Assembly: GCA_965658655.1 (NCBI GenBank)
Contig: CBFHTA010000001.1
Coordinates: 104,722-168,721, forward strand
Reading direction: 5' to 3'
Length of the DNA stretch: 64,000 nucleotides
Origin: Candidatus Babelota bacterium
GTDB lineage: Bacteria; Babelota; Babeliae; Babelales; CAIQNR01
Under the pieces are notes generated by a model. That model worked only from the letters and a program-made list of their open reading frames with translations, ran no database searches and had not been told where the DNA came from. Each line of letters opens with the position of its first letter. Position 1 is the first letter of the stretch. A program made the translations under genes and the position numbers. Positions 18,899 to 28,923 of this stretch are shown here, piece by piece.

Positions 18899-21565
18899 TC
18901 AATTGGCAGAAGAAGATGCTCGATCAAATATTTTGCGAATTTCCTCAGCTACAATTAAAATTACCCCTGCTCCAAGCACAACAGACCAATCACTTAACCC
19001 CAGCGGAACAGTCCTGAACACAATTTGTAAAAAAGGAACATAGAGAACCAATAAAAGACCTGCCAAAACACCACCTAGTGCTAAAAAGAGCAATGGATTT
19101 CTCGAAGGAGACAAAGAAAAAGTAGAAAGAGTTAATGATCGGCAATTAAGTGCTGTTACCCACTGACAAAAAGTTACCGTTGTCATAACCATCGTTCGCG
19201 CCAACTTTAACCCTTGTGGCAAATACCAAATAAACACTCCTATAGATAAGAATGCTACAAGAGAAGCTATATATGCAATATGCACAACTAAACCTCGTGT
19301 AATAAGAGATGCATATTCAGTAGACCAAGTCGGTCGCAATAAATTATCTTCCGGCGCTTCAAGGGAAAGTGCAATATCAAGACAGCTATCTGTTACAATA
19401 CTTAACCACAAAATTTGTGCTGCCACAATAGGAAGAGGATAGCCAAGAGCCATAGTCAAAAGAATTAAAAGAATTTCAGAGAAATTGGTTACAAAGAAAT
19501 AAAGCACCACACGTTTAAACGCATAAAAAACATAGCGCCCTTCCTCTACGCCTGCAACAATGCTCGAAAACGAATCATCCAACAGAATAATATCTGCAGC
19601 TTCTTTTGCCACTTCACTACCTGTGTTTCCCATAGCAACACCCAACTCTGCAACAGCCAATGATGGTGCATCATTTACGCCATCACCAATCATCACTGTG
19701 GTTTTACCTTGCTTTTGGAACAATGTAACAAGTCGTAACTTATCTGCAGGAAGCACGCGCGCATAAACAGAAGTCTCATTTAGATGAGACGCCATTTGCT
19801 CATCGGTTAAGCCCTGCATCTCAATACCCTCGAGTATTGGTTGATTACTGTCATTAATAATGCCAGACTCTAAAGCCAAGTGAGTAGCAGTTTTTTTATT
19901 ATCACCCGTTGCCATTACCACCTGAATTCCTGCTTTTTTTAATTTCTTAATAATGCCAGGAGCAGCATCACGCAGCGTGTCTTGAATCCCAAACGCTCCC
20001 AATAGTGCAAGGTCTTGCTCGAATAAACCCTCAAAGAATCTCTTTTTTTCTCTAGCACCTTCTGGAACACTCGCAAGATCAAACTCTTTATAGGCAACTG
20101 CAATTACACGTAAACCCTGTTTTAAAAAATCTTCTATAAGTGTGTCTTGCTCCCTAGAAATACCTGCACAACGACTCTTAATAACCTCAGGAGACCCAAG
20201 TCCAAACGCTATACCTTTGCCGTTTTTTTCATAAAAACCTGCATGAAACTGGTACTGGGCACTAAACGGTATTTCAAACAATTCTTTATAATCTTTATAA
20301 ACCACATCCTCAGTCACGCCAGCTTTATCTGCACAAATTTCCATCGCGGCTTCACTAGAATTCCCCTTAATAGAATACACTCGAATAGTTTCTACATATT
20401 CTACTTTAGAGCGATCAAGAAGTTGAGCTGCCTCCAACATAAAACGTGCATCTTTATTCAATTCTGACTTACCACTTGAGTCAGTAACTTGCCCTTCTGG
20501 CAAATACCCTTTACCTGAAACTGTATAAACCTGTGTATTGGCAAAAAAAGTGTTTACCATCAATTCATTACGTGTAAGTGTTCCAGTTTTATCTATTATC
20601 ATAACCTGGGCTCGCCCAAGCGCTTCAACTGCCTGCAAGCGTTTTGCCAATACATTTTTTTTGGCTGTTCGATAAGCACCAGCAACAAGAATTAAAGTCA
20701 TGATAACCGGCAATCCTTGAGGAATTACACACACAAACAAAGCAATAAGAGCAGCAAAGAGTTCTGCAAATGGTTTACCCGTAGCTACACCTATGACTAA
20801 CAATGCAACACAAATAAAAATAATGATTCCCAAAATAAATTTAAGAAGATCTCCCAAATCTCTTTCTAAAGGCATTTGAGAAAAAGCCGCCCCTGCTAAC
20901 TGATTAACCTGTGCACTTTCAGTCTTTTTTCCGGTTGCTGTCACAATAGCTTTTGCTCTCCCCGAAAGAATATATGAACCTAAAAAAACCATATTATCTT
21001 GATCGTTCATAGAAAGGTTTTTGCCTTCTCTGGCAAAAACATCTTTTTCAACCGGATCAGATTCACCCGTAAGTATAGCTTCATCAACAGTTAGACCATA
21101 AGATTCTATAATACGCGCATCTGCAGAAACACGTTCTCCTTCTTGTAGAATCAGGATGTCTCCAGGAACCAGATCAAAATCATTAACAATTTGCTTTTTA
21201 CCATCACGAATAACAAGTGATTTGCTATTTTTAAACTGCTGTACTCGAGAAATCATTGTATAAATACGATGTTCCTGAATAGTTCCAATAGTAACGTTTA
21301 AAAGTAAAATAAGTAAAATAATGACGGCATCAAACCCATTGCCAGCAAAGAAAATAATAACAGCAGAAACAATTAAAAAATAAAAAAGAGGATCTTGACA
21401 CTGACTCAACAACAAAGAAAAAAACGTTTCTCTCTTCTGCTCTGTTGGTTTATTAGGGCCATATTTTTTCAAAGCTTGCTGCGCCTGCTCATTGGTTAAA
21501 CCCGTAGTGAGATTTACCCCAAAAGTTTGTGCAACTTTTTCAATCACCATCTTATAATACTTCAT
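18899..21565 (-). CDS. P-type IIA-like cation-transporting ATPase with altered ion-binding residues
   Basis: LTGES, DKTGTLT, TGD and GDGVNDAP are present. TM4 reads PQGL instead of PEGL. Confidence 0.92.
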   Translation of the reverse strand: MKYYKMVIEKVAQTFGVNLTTGLTNEQAQQALKKYGPNKPTEQKRETFFSLLLSQCQDPLFYFLIVSAVIIFFAGNGFDAVIILLILLLNVTIGTIQEHRIYTMISRVQQFKNSKSLVIRDGKKQIVNDFDLVPGDILILQEGERVSADARIIESYGLTVDEAILTGESDPVEKDVFAREGKNLSMNDQDNMVFLGSYILSGRAKAIVTATGKKTESAQVNQLAGAAFSQMPLERDLGDLLKFILGIIIFICVALLVIGVATGKPFAELFAALIALFVCVIPQGLPVIMTLILVAGAYRTAKKNVLAKRLQAVEALGRAQVMIIDKTGTLTRNELMVNTFFANTQVYTVSGKGYLPEGQVTDSSGKSELNKDARFMLEAAQLLDRSKVEYVETIRVYSIKGNSSEAAMEICADKAGVTEDVVYKDYKELFEIPFSAQYQFHAGFYEKNGKGIAFGLGSPEVIKSRCAGISREQDTLIEDFLKQGLRVIAVAYKEFDLASVPEGAREKKRFFEGLFEQDLALLGAFGIQDTLRDAAPGIIKKLKKAGIQVVMATGDNKKTATHLALESGIINDSNQPILEGIEMQGLTDEQMASHLNETSVYARVLPADKLRLVTLFQKQGKTTVMIGDGVNDAPSLAVAELGVAMGNTGSEVAKEAADIILLDDSFSSIVAGVEEGRYVFYAFKRVVLYFFVTNFSEILLILLTMALGYPLPIVAAQILWLSIVTDSCLDIALSLEAPEDNLLRPTWSTEYASLITRGLVVHIAYIASLVAFLSIGVFIWYLPQGLKLARTMVMTTVTFCQWVTALNCRSLTLSTFSLSPSRNPLLFLALGGVLAGLLLVLYVPFLQIVFRTVPLGLSDWSVVLGAGVILIVAEEIRKIFDRASSSAN

Positions 21566-21675
21566 ACATCACCTTTTCTAAAAATTGAGCTCTATTCTAA
21601 AGTACAAATTCTATAGAAAAAATGCCAGACAAAAGATATTAAAAATACAAACCCTATCCACTTACTTTAAAGCCT

Positions 21676-22146
21676 TTAAACCTCTTCATACAAAAAGTTG
21701 CTTTTTTGATATTGCTCCAAAACAATAGGAGTAAACACTTTTTGAAAATCCTGCAAAGACTTGAAGGGCAAAGATTTAAAAGGTACTGTTTTAGATTCAA
21801 CAATTTTCCCTGTCGCATACGCTGAAAGAAAAGAATCATCTTCGTTACATTCATCCCCTTCCTTAATAACTGGCAACCGACCTTTAACAGTTGCAACAGA
21901 AATTGAAGAACACTTTTTTGATTCCAAAAAACAATCTAAAGCTTTATCAAGAAAATTGCTTGGCTTTAATTCTTTTCCTTTATACTTTGGTAGATCATCA
22001 TCTTTCTTAGCTTTTTCATACAAACCATTTATCTCATTCATTTGATCATCAGTTAAGAGTAATACATCTTCTCTATCAGCATCTGCCCCAAAGCAAGAAG
22101 CCGTGGGAACAAACAATAAAATGCTTAGAATAATCTTTCTATTCAT
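21676..22146 (-). CDS. Hypothetical exported protein
   Basis: Signal peptide; family not recognised. Confidence 0.65.
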   Translation of the reverse strand: MNRKIILSILLFVPTASCFGADADREDVLLLTDDQMNEINGLYEKAKKDDDLPKYKGKELKPSNFLDKALDCFLESKKCSSISVATVKGRLPVIKEGDECNEDDSFLSAYATGKIVESKTVPFKSLPFKSLQDFQKVFTPIVLEQYQKSNFLYEEV

Positions 22147-22230
22147 ACTTATGCCCTAAAAGTAAATTGCACCTAATCAAAATGATTATTATAAAGTACC
22201 AACATAAAATCGCAACTAAAAACGGCTCCC

Positions 22231-22986
22231 TTAAGTAAGATCAGGATGCAAAGCGTAATCAGCTTTAAGTGCATCTAAACGAGTGTAGAGAATACCGACA
22301 AATTTCATACCTGCCTTTTCTACAGCCTTTTCTACCGCTTTAAGGTTTTTTAATTTGTCATCAACAAAGATAACAACCTCTGGTTTATATTTGCAGGTTT
22401 TCAATAACACCATGAGAGACTCTCCCTTGTCTCCGGAGCCAGCAAAAAAAATGCCATGTTTAAATCCACCAGGAACACCGTGAAATAAAAAGACCTTCTC
22501 TTGTGTTGGCAGTGCTTTAAAATAACCGCTTTCAACAAAGCTCAAACCACATTTTTCTACGTTTTTAATAGTTGCATTTTCTACAGGAAACGATCGCGCT
22601 GTTAGGCCAATGGTTTTATCAGCTATCTTCTGAATGGCTTTAACAGTTTTTTTAGTCTCTTTGCCTTCAACCAATTTAAAAGAAAAGTGTGGATCCATTT
22701 GAATTTCAAAGTACACAGGCGCTATAATATCCCACGCAGTTTCAGGATCAACACCTTTATCAACAGCATGTTTAACACGTGCTTGCATCCACATGTCACC
22801 ACCCCGTTGATCTTTGTTATTGGGCATAACCAGCGTTTCATCTAAATCAAAAGCAACAAGCAATTTTTTGTCTTGATATTTTTTTGCTTCGGTTAGAACC
22901 GTACCAATTTCAGAAGATTTAATAATTTGAGCAGAAAGTTCTACCGACGAAACAAGCAATACACTTAATAATAATAATTTACGCAT
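22231..22986 (-). CDS. DUF2608-family exported HAD-like protein
   Basis: Signal peptide, FDLDETL, LTARS, GDKG, IFVDDKLKNL. Confidence 0.8.
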   Translation of the reverse strand: MRKLLLLSVLLVSSVELSAQIIKSSEIGTVLTEAKKYQDKKLLVAFDLDETLVMPNNKDQRGGDMWMQARVKHAVDKGVDPETAWDIIAPVYFEIQMDPHFSFKLVEGKETKKTVKAIQKIADKTIGLTARSFPVENATIKNVEKCGLSFVESGYFKALPTQEKVFLFHGVPGGFKHGIFFAGSGDKGESLMVLLKTCKYKPEVVIFVDDKLKNLKAVEKAVEKAGMKFVGILYTRLDALKADYALHPDLT

Positions 22987-23052
22987 GAAAAAGCCTTTCA
23001 AGAAGAGTTTAAGAAAGACACTAGCGTAACGGACAATAGAAAAATTGAAAAG

Positions 23053-23616
23053 TTATTTTTGTTGATAATGTAAACAGGTTATTTGAATAACAGGAAAAGA
23101 TTTTTGCATCATCTCTGCAACATTGAGTATATGCTTAGAAGTGTCATCAATAAAAACTATCGATGTCGGCAAACTTGCTTTGTCTGCACGATCAAGATAC
23201 TGCTTAAGAGTATCCCCTTTGCTTTGAAGCCCTGAATAACAAACACCATTATATTCAAACGACTGTAACATTTTATTCAAATAAAGAACTTTAGATTTTT
23301 CAAAATAAAAAAAATGCGCTCCTAGCTCATTTAAATTTGCAGTAATAGCTTGATGCAAATAAGAATATGAGCCCGTTAAAGAAAGAATGCGATCTGCCCG
23401 TGCACAAGACATATCAAAAACACTCTGAGTTTTATCCGTCAACCAACTATGGGGAATATTATCTTCAAACCTAAAAAGTGTTCCGTCTAAATCCCATACC
23501 ACCCAAGAGCCAGCATTCACAAAAGGTACAACTTCTTCAATACTATTAATTGTTCTCATTTCAGCACTCAAAGATGACATAAGAAAACATACCCCTAAGA
23601 AAAAACACCTATTCAT
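23053..23616 (-). CDS. DUF2608-like HAD-fold exported protein (shorter paralog)
   Basis: Signal peptide, WDLDGTL, LTGS, SKG, VFIDD. Confidence 0.7.
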   Translation of the reverse strand: MNRCFFLGVCFLMSSLSAEMRTINSIEEVVPFVNAGSWVVWDLDGTLFRFEDNIPHSWLTDKTQSVFDMSCARADRILSLTGSYSYLHQAITANLNELGAHFFYFEKSKVLYLNKMLQSFEYNGVCYSGLQSKGDTLKQYLDRADKASLPTSIVFIDDTSKHILNVAEMMQKSFPVIQITCLHYQQK

Positions 23617-23742
23617 TATCTTCTCCCTAATTAATAATTTAGCAAAGAAAGTAACAAAAATGAAAAAGGGGAATAAAGAAAAGAATTTTAATACACAGTC
23701 ATTTTAGAAATTGGCTGTGCCAACCGTAGCCTTGGCGTAAGT

Positions 23743-24152
23743 TGGTGGAGGCGATGGGAATCGAACCCATGTCCGCATTATCGTAGATTATAAGCGCTAC
23801 ATGCTTAGTTCTTGTTTAATACTCTCCCAGCTACTCAAGAACAAGAACACTGGAAAAGGCAGGCTGGTATACAGCACAAGTTACGAACCTACTGAACCTA
23901 ACTTGACAGTTCTATCTTTTTTATAATACGAGTTAGATTAACTGATAGACACGAAAGCCTAACAAGCAGTTACTAAGGAAACTGTGCTTACGCAGCAGCC
24001 ACCATAGAACCATAAGAAGTCACAGACTTATCGCCCATGAATCCTGCGAATGTAGTGTCATTCATAGTTCGATCGTTTATTTTACGAGTATCCAATCAAA
24101 GCTCGGCATGCTCTCACAAGCGTCAACAACACGTCGAAGCCAGTGCGCCCCC
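23743..24152 (-). ncRNA. ssrA: tmRNA
   Basis: 5' end GGGGGCGCACTGGCTTCGAC; 3' T-arm ATGGGTTCGATTCCCAT and CGCCTCCACCA with a G3.U70 pair; tag ORF ends in AAA-stop; directly downstream of smpB. Confidence 0.96.
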
Positions 24153-24197
24153 ATGAATTTCAAAGTTCAAGCTATTATTTAAACTTGATATTTTCTG

Positions 24198-24226
24198 ATT
24201 GTAACAAATACTAGTAAAAAAGTCAA
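24198..24226 (-). promoter_or_regulatory. Sigma70-type promoter for ssrA
   Basis: TTGACT-17 bp-TACAAT on the minus strand. Confidence 0.7.
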
Positions 24227-24233
24227 TGCGAGC

Positions 24234-24683
24234 CTATTTATAATCCTTAAGTTCTCGAGAAGTTTCTCGCTTAATATCTCGCTCTTTGAGCATCTGTTTT
24301 TTGCCCGCAGCTTTACGGTGCTTACAAAGCCCCAGCTCGACTTTTACTTTACTGTTTTTAAAATAGAGAACTAAAGGAATTACAGTTATTCCTTTACGCG
24401 AAATATCGCCGACAAGCTTATTAAGCTCTCGCTTATGCACTAAGAGCTTACGAGAACGTTTAGCTGTGTCTTCGTCTTTCTTATAGGCCTTGTCGTATGG
24501 AGTTATATGGCAGTTAACCATAAAAAGTTCGCCTTGATGAACATTGGCAAACGCTCCCGTTAAGTTTACATGACCCGCACGTAGCGACTTAACCTCATCC
24601 CCGGTCAAAACGATGCCAGCTTCTATTTTATCTAACACCTCGTAGTCAAAGAATGCTTTCTTGTTTTTACTGATAATCTTCAT
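24234..24683 (-). CDS. smpB: SsrA-binding protein
   Basis: NKKAFFDY, EAGIVLTGDEVKSLR, RKLLVHKRE. Confidence 0.97.
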   Translation of the reverse strand: MKIISKNKKAFFDYEVLDKIEAGIVLTGDEVKSLRAGHVNLTGAFANVHQGELFMVNCHITPYDKAYKKDEDTAKRSRKLLVHKRELNKLVGDISRKGITVIPLVLYFKNSKVKVELGLCKHRKAAGKKQMLKERDIKRETSRELKDYK

Positions 24684-24695
24684 AATACCCTTCCC

Positions 24696-25166
24696 CTAAA
24701 AAGCCTTTTTTCTCGTAAGCACAGAGAAAAAATTCCAAAAAACAGGATACAAAGCGAAGGCCAAAACGAGGCCCACTAAGTTTGCTCCCAACATAAACGC
24801 CCAAAAAGAAATTTTCACAGTACCAAAAATTGCAGCTAGTTTACTGGAAACATAGACCATCCAAGTTGGATTAAATTGAGTTACAGAAATCCCATACCAA
24901 GAATGGAGAATCCAATGCCCACACACATAACCGCTCATATGAATTGGTATCATTGTCCAAGGATTATTTACCCCATATCCTACCGCCAAAAGCAACGGAA
25001 TATTAAGCCCAAACAACCACCCAAAAATTACGTGCATAGCTGTATGAAACCCTAAAAATGGAGAAAAAGAGATATAAATACCCAAAGAAGCAGCCACCGC
25101 CAACTTGTGCGGACAGCGTTCCTGCTTTGCTATTTTATGTAAAAATGTTTTCATTTGAGAGAACAT
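24696..25166 (-). CDS. DUF2062-family membrane protein
   Basis: PHKLAVAASLGIYISFSPFLGFHT and NNPWT pattern. Start moved to MFSQMK. Confidence 0.8.
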   Translation of the reverse strand: MFSQMKTFLHKIAKQERCPHKLAVAASLGIYISFSPFLGFHTAMHVIFGWLFGLNIPLLLAVGYGVNNPWTMIPIHMSGYVCGHWILHSWYGISVTQFNPTWMVYVSSKLAAIFGTVKISFWAFMLGANLVGLVLAFALYPVFWNFFSVLTRKKAF

Positions 25167-25275
25167 ATTTCTACCCTTAAACCAAAATCTTTGATAAACA
25201 CCCTTTAATACAGTATATTCTACCATGATGGAGTTTGAAGAACAAGACAATGTAGCCCTTCAGAAAGGGGAATCC

Positions 25276-25971
25276 ATGAAAAAAACACTCTTTTTTATTC
25301 TGGTAACTAGCATAACCTTTATTCACAGCAACTCAAATCGGTCCCTACTTAACCTCTACCAAAACAGTAAAACCCCTGTTGGAACACAAAAAAACAAAGC
25401 TATCACCTATTTAGGCATGCTTCAGTTTCCTTCGCAAATTCAAAATCCATCAGTTAGGGCTTACTATAAAGGCCATATTGTAGACATGGAGAATGGAGCT
25501 TATTCGTTTATTGAAAATAGAAAATTTCAGGTATTTACCATTGTGGTAACTTTACTCCCTCCACCTACAACCAATACTCCTTCAAATTTGACTATTCCAG
25601 AGGGGCATCCTTATACGCGTTACACTCTCTTTAAAACTAATGCAAAGCAAAAAGAAGGTAAAAAACAAGAAGAATGGCGCGTAGAAAAAATAAACGACAC
25701 CAATGGGATAAAAGTACCCAGCAATGCACTACTAATCTTGCTTGATCCGGAATTAATTGACAATACTCGAGTACACGCATGGTTCAAAGATAGCTTTACA
25801 CTGAAGTTACCAACTCTTATTATGAAGAAGAACCTTTCTAAAAAAGCCTTTGATTCTGCTTATAATCGATCTGTCTTAACCGCTTTAGATTGGGATGTAT
25901 TCCATCAAAAAGTGGAGTGGGAAGAAAAAAAACATAAACAAAAACATATTGCTCGAAGAAGAATTGTATGA
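25276..25971 (+). CDS. Hypothetical exported protein, translationally coupled to tsaD
   Basis: GGGG RBS, signal peptide, ATGA overlap with tsaD. Confidence 0.75.
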   Translation: MKKTLFFILVTSITFIHSNSNRSLLNLYQNSKTPVGTQKNKAITYLGMLQFPSQIQNPSVRAYYKGHIVDMENGAYSFIENRKFQVFTIVVTLLPPPTTNTPSNLTIPEGHPYTRYTLFKTNAKQKEGKKQEEWRVEKINDTNGIKVPSNALLILLDPELIDNTRVHAWFKDSFTLKLPTLIMKKNLSKKAFDSAYNRSVLTALDWDVFHQKVEWEEKKHKQKHIARRRIV

Positions 25972-26984
25972 AATATACCGTTTTAGGGGTGGAGTCTTCA
26001 TGTGATGAAGTTGCTGCTGCAGTGTATACCACCGATAAAAAATTATTATCCAGTAAGCTTTTTTCTCAAACTGAGATGCACAAAAAATATGGTGGTGTGG
26101 TCCCTGAGATCGCCTCACGCGAACATATAAAGAAAATTAATCAAATTACCCAAGAAGCACTCGATGCCGCTGGTGTAACACTTGATGATATCGACGTTAT
26201 TGCTGTTACAAGCAAACCAGGGTTACCCGGTTCTCTTTTGATTGGAACCTGCTTTGCAAAGGCTCTAGCAGAATCTAAAAATAAAAAAATTATTGCGGTT
26301 GATCATCTTGAAGGTCACGCTTTTTCTGCAAATATTGAACACGACATTCCATTTCCTTTTTTATGTATGACTGCCTCAGGTGGCCATACAAATATGTATC
26401 GCGTTACTAATTTTGGAGAATATGAATTTCTAGGAACCACTCTCGATGACGCAGCAGGAGAAGCATTTGATAAGATTTCTAAGCTGTTAAAATTAGGTTA
26501 TCCAGGTGGCCCTATTATTGAAAAACTAGCACGCGAAGCTGGATTTAAAGATTTTTACAAATACCCGCGCAACAAAGACATTGGATTAAACTTTAGCTTT
26601 TCTGGTTTAAAAACTGCAGTACTTTACGATCTTGTTAAAAAGAACGCGTATGACATGAAAAAGAAAGAACTTCTAAATGACAGCGAGCAACTAAAAAAAG
26701 AAGTTGCAAGCTCTTTTCAGGTATGCGTAGCTGATATCTTTGTAAAAAAAGTTGAAAAAGCCTTAGAACAATATGAAGACTACAAAGGGCTTGTTTTTGT
26801 AGGTGGTGTAGCATGCAATAATTATATTCGTCAAAGACTTACTGATGTTGCAACACAACACAATTTGCCTTACTTTTCTCCTTCTCCAAAATATTGTACC
26901 GATAATGCTGCAATGATCGCATACGTAGGTCATTACAAAGCGCTAAAAGGAGAATTCAGCGAACCTGATTTTGATATTTTATAA
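25968..26984 (+). CDS. tsaD: tRNA N6-adenosine threonylcarbamoyltransferase
   Basis: LGVESSCDE, GGVVPEIASREH, HLEGH, ASGGHT, DDAAGEAFDK, CTDNAAMIA. Confidence 0.97.
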   Translation: MKYTVLGVESSCDEVAAAVYTTDKKLLSSKLFSQTEMHKKYGGVVPEIASREHIKKINQITQEALDAAGVTLDDIDVIAVTSKPGLPGSLLIGTCFAKALAESKNKKIIAVDHLEGHAFSANIEHDIPFPFLCMTASGGHTNMYRVTNFGEYEFLGTTLDDAAGEAFDKISKLLKLGYPGGPIIEKLAREAGFKDFYKYPRNKDIGLNFSFSGLKTAVLYDLVKKNAYDMKKKELLNDSEQLKKEVASSFQVCVADIFVKKVEKALEQYEDYKGLVFVGGVACNNYIRQRLTDVATQHNLPYFSPSPKYCTDNAAMIAYVGHYKALKGEFSEPDFDIL

Positions 26985-27332
26985 GAGCCACCGATAAGAA
27001 TAGTAAAAAAAAGTTGTTCTGGTACTTTTTAGCCTTATTGGAAGTTTCTATACTATAAGCAGGTATTTCATACTCCTGTTTCCATAGATACCTCTAACTA
27101 AACTCAACCAAATAATGCAAAGACTGTAACTCGTGGGAACACAATTCTCTAGAAAAAGTATTCTGGAAATCCAACCAAACCTCCAGCCTTATTACTCCAC
27201 AAGACTAGCTCTCGTTCAGTCACTTGCCCAAAATGATCTACAGAGAATTTTTTCACAAAAAAACCCTAATAAAATATAAACAGTTTAATTATTCATATTC
27301 TATTAGGGTATATATTTTTAAATAAGCCTTAA

Positions 27333-28790
27333 CTACTTAGAACCATTCGCAGCTTTTTTAGCATTCATTGATTCAAAAAACTCTTCGTTTGTTTTAAACT
27401 TCTTCATCTTGTCAATCATGAATTCCATGCCTTCAATCATGTTCATATTACCTAAGAACTTTTGAAGAACCCAAGAACGTTTTTGATCACCTTCACTGAA
27501 AAGAAGATCATCACGACGGGTACTTGAACTAAGAAGATCATACGAAGGATAAATACGACGGTTTGCAAGCTTACGGCTCATATGCATTTCCATATTACCG
27601 GTACCTTTAAACTCTTCGTAAATAACTTCATCCATACGAGAGCCAGTTTCTACAAGAGCTGTACCAATAATAGTTAACGAACCGCCTTCTTCCATGGCAC
27701 GAGCTGCACCAAAGAAACGCTTTGGCCGTTGTAGTGCATTGGCGTCAATACCACCAGTCAGTACTTTTCCTGATGATGGAGCTGTAGTATTGTAAGCACG
27801 AGCAAGACGAGTAATAGCATCAAGCAAAATAACAACATCTTTACCTGATTCAACTAAACGCTTTGCTTTTTCAAGAACAATCTCTGCAACCTGAACATGA
27901 CGTTCTGCAGATTCATCAAAAGTCGAACTTATCACTTCAGCATGAGCACCCTTAACACAGCGCTTCATATCTGCAACTTCTTCTGGACGCTCGTCAATAA
28001 GCAGAACAATCAAGAAAACATCTGGATGATTTGTAATAAGACTTTGAGCAATCTCTTTTAAGAGAACTGTTTTACCTGCTTTTGGTGGCGCAACAATAAG
28101 ACCACGCTGTCCTCTACCCACGGGGGTAAAAATATCCATCAAACGTGTTGATGCAAAAGTAGGATTAGACTCTAAAGTAAATTTACTGTTTGGATGCATA
28201 GGAGAAAGTCGATCAAAATTTGGTCGCTCTCTCAACTTCATAGGGTCTTCAAAGTTAACTTTATCGACCTTAAGCAATGCAAAATATTTTTCATTATCTT
28301 TTGGTTTACGAATAACACCAGAAACTGTATCTCCAGTACGCAAACCAAAACGACGAATTTGTGAGGGAGAAACATACACATCATCAGGACTCGAAACATA
28401 ATCGAATCGGTTAGAACGTAAAAATCCAAACCCATCAGGGAGTCTCTCTAAAACACCCTCTACTTCGACTTCTCTGTCTGGGTGTTCTTGCATTTCTACA
28501 ATTCTTTCTACTAACTGTCTATGCAACAACAAGCTTGCACCTATTAAACCCCACCTACGAGCATGCATATTCAATTCTTGAGTAGAAAGCTCTAAAAGCT
28601 GTTCTTTTGTTAAAACTTTTGGGTGATAATCATTTTTATGTTGAGAGCCACCGCTATTACGGTTGCGATTGTCTCCTGAATGATTATTTTTTTGCGCAGA
28701 TGGCCTTGCCTGTGACGCAGGTTTGCCTGCAGGCTTTTTCTGACCTGTCTGTTTTTTCTTCGGTGCCACTATTTTCTTATCTTCTTTCAT
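27333..28790 (-). CDS. rho: Transcription termination factor Rho with a low-complexity N-terminal extension
   Basis: [51 protein letters not shown]. Confidence 0.98.
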   Translation of the reverse strand: MKEDKKIVAPKKKQTGQKKPAGKPASQARPSAQKNNHSGDNRNRNSGGSQHKNDYHPKVLTKEQLLELSTQELNMHARRWGLIGASLLLHRQLVERIVEMQEHPDREVEVEGVLERLPDGFGFLRSNRFDYVSSPDDVYVSPSQIRRFGLRTGDTVSGVIRKPKDNEKYFALLKVDKVNFEDPMKLRERPNFDRLSPMHPNSKFTLESNPTFASTRLMDIFTPVGRGQRGLIVAPPKAGKTVLLKEIAQSLITNHPDVFLIVLLIDERPEEVADMKRCVKGAHAEVISSTFDESAERHVQVAEIVLEKAKRLVESGKDVVILLDAITRLARAYNTTAPSSGKVLTGGIDANALQRPKRFFGAARAMEEGGSLTIIGTALVETGSRMDEVIYEEFKGTGNMEMHMSRKLANRRIYPSYDLLSSSTRRDDLLFSEGDQKRSWVLQKFLGNMNMIEGMEFMIDKMKKFKTNEEFFESMNAKKAANGSK

Positions 28791-28923
28791 TTATAAACCT
28801 CCGATTATGATAACGCGCCCATTTAACAACACCCCAAAGGAAGGCGTCATGCTTCTAAACAAAAGCATACACAACTCTTTTCATAATAATTGAATAACAT
28901 ACTGCGTAATCAGCTACCACGTA

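Noticed and set aside
21654..23742. Genomic island integrated at the tmRNA 3' end (also considered at tRNA-Gly)
   Set aside because: I saw no integrase and no duplicated 3' end (att) by eye.
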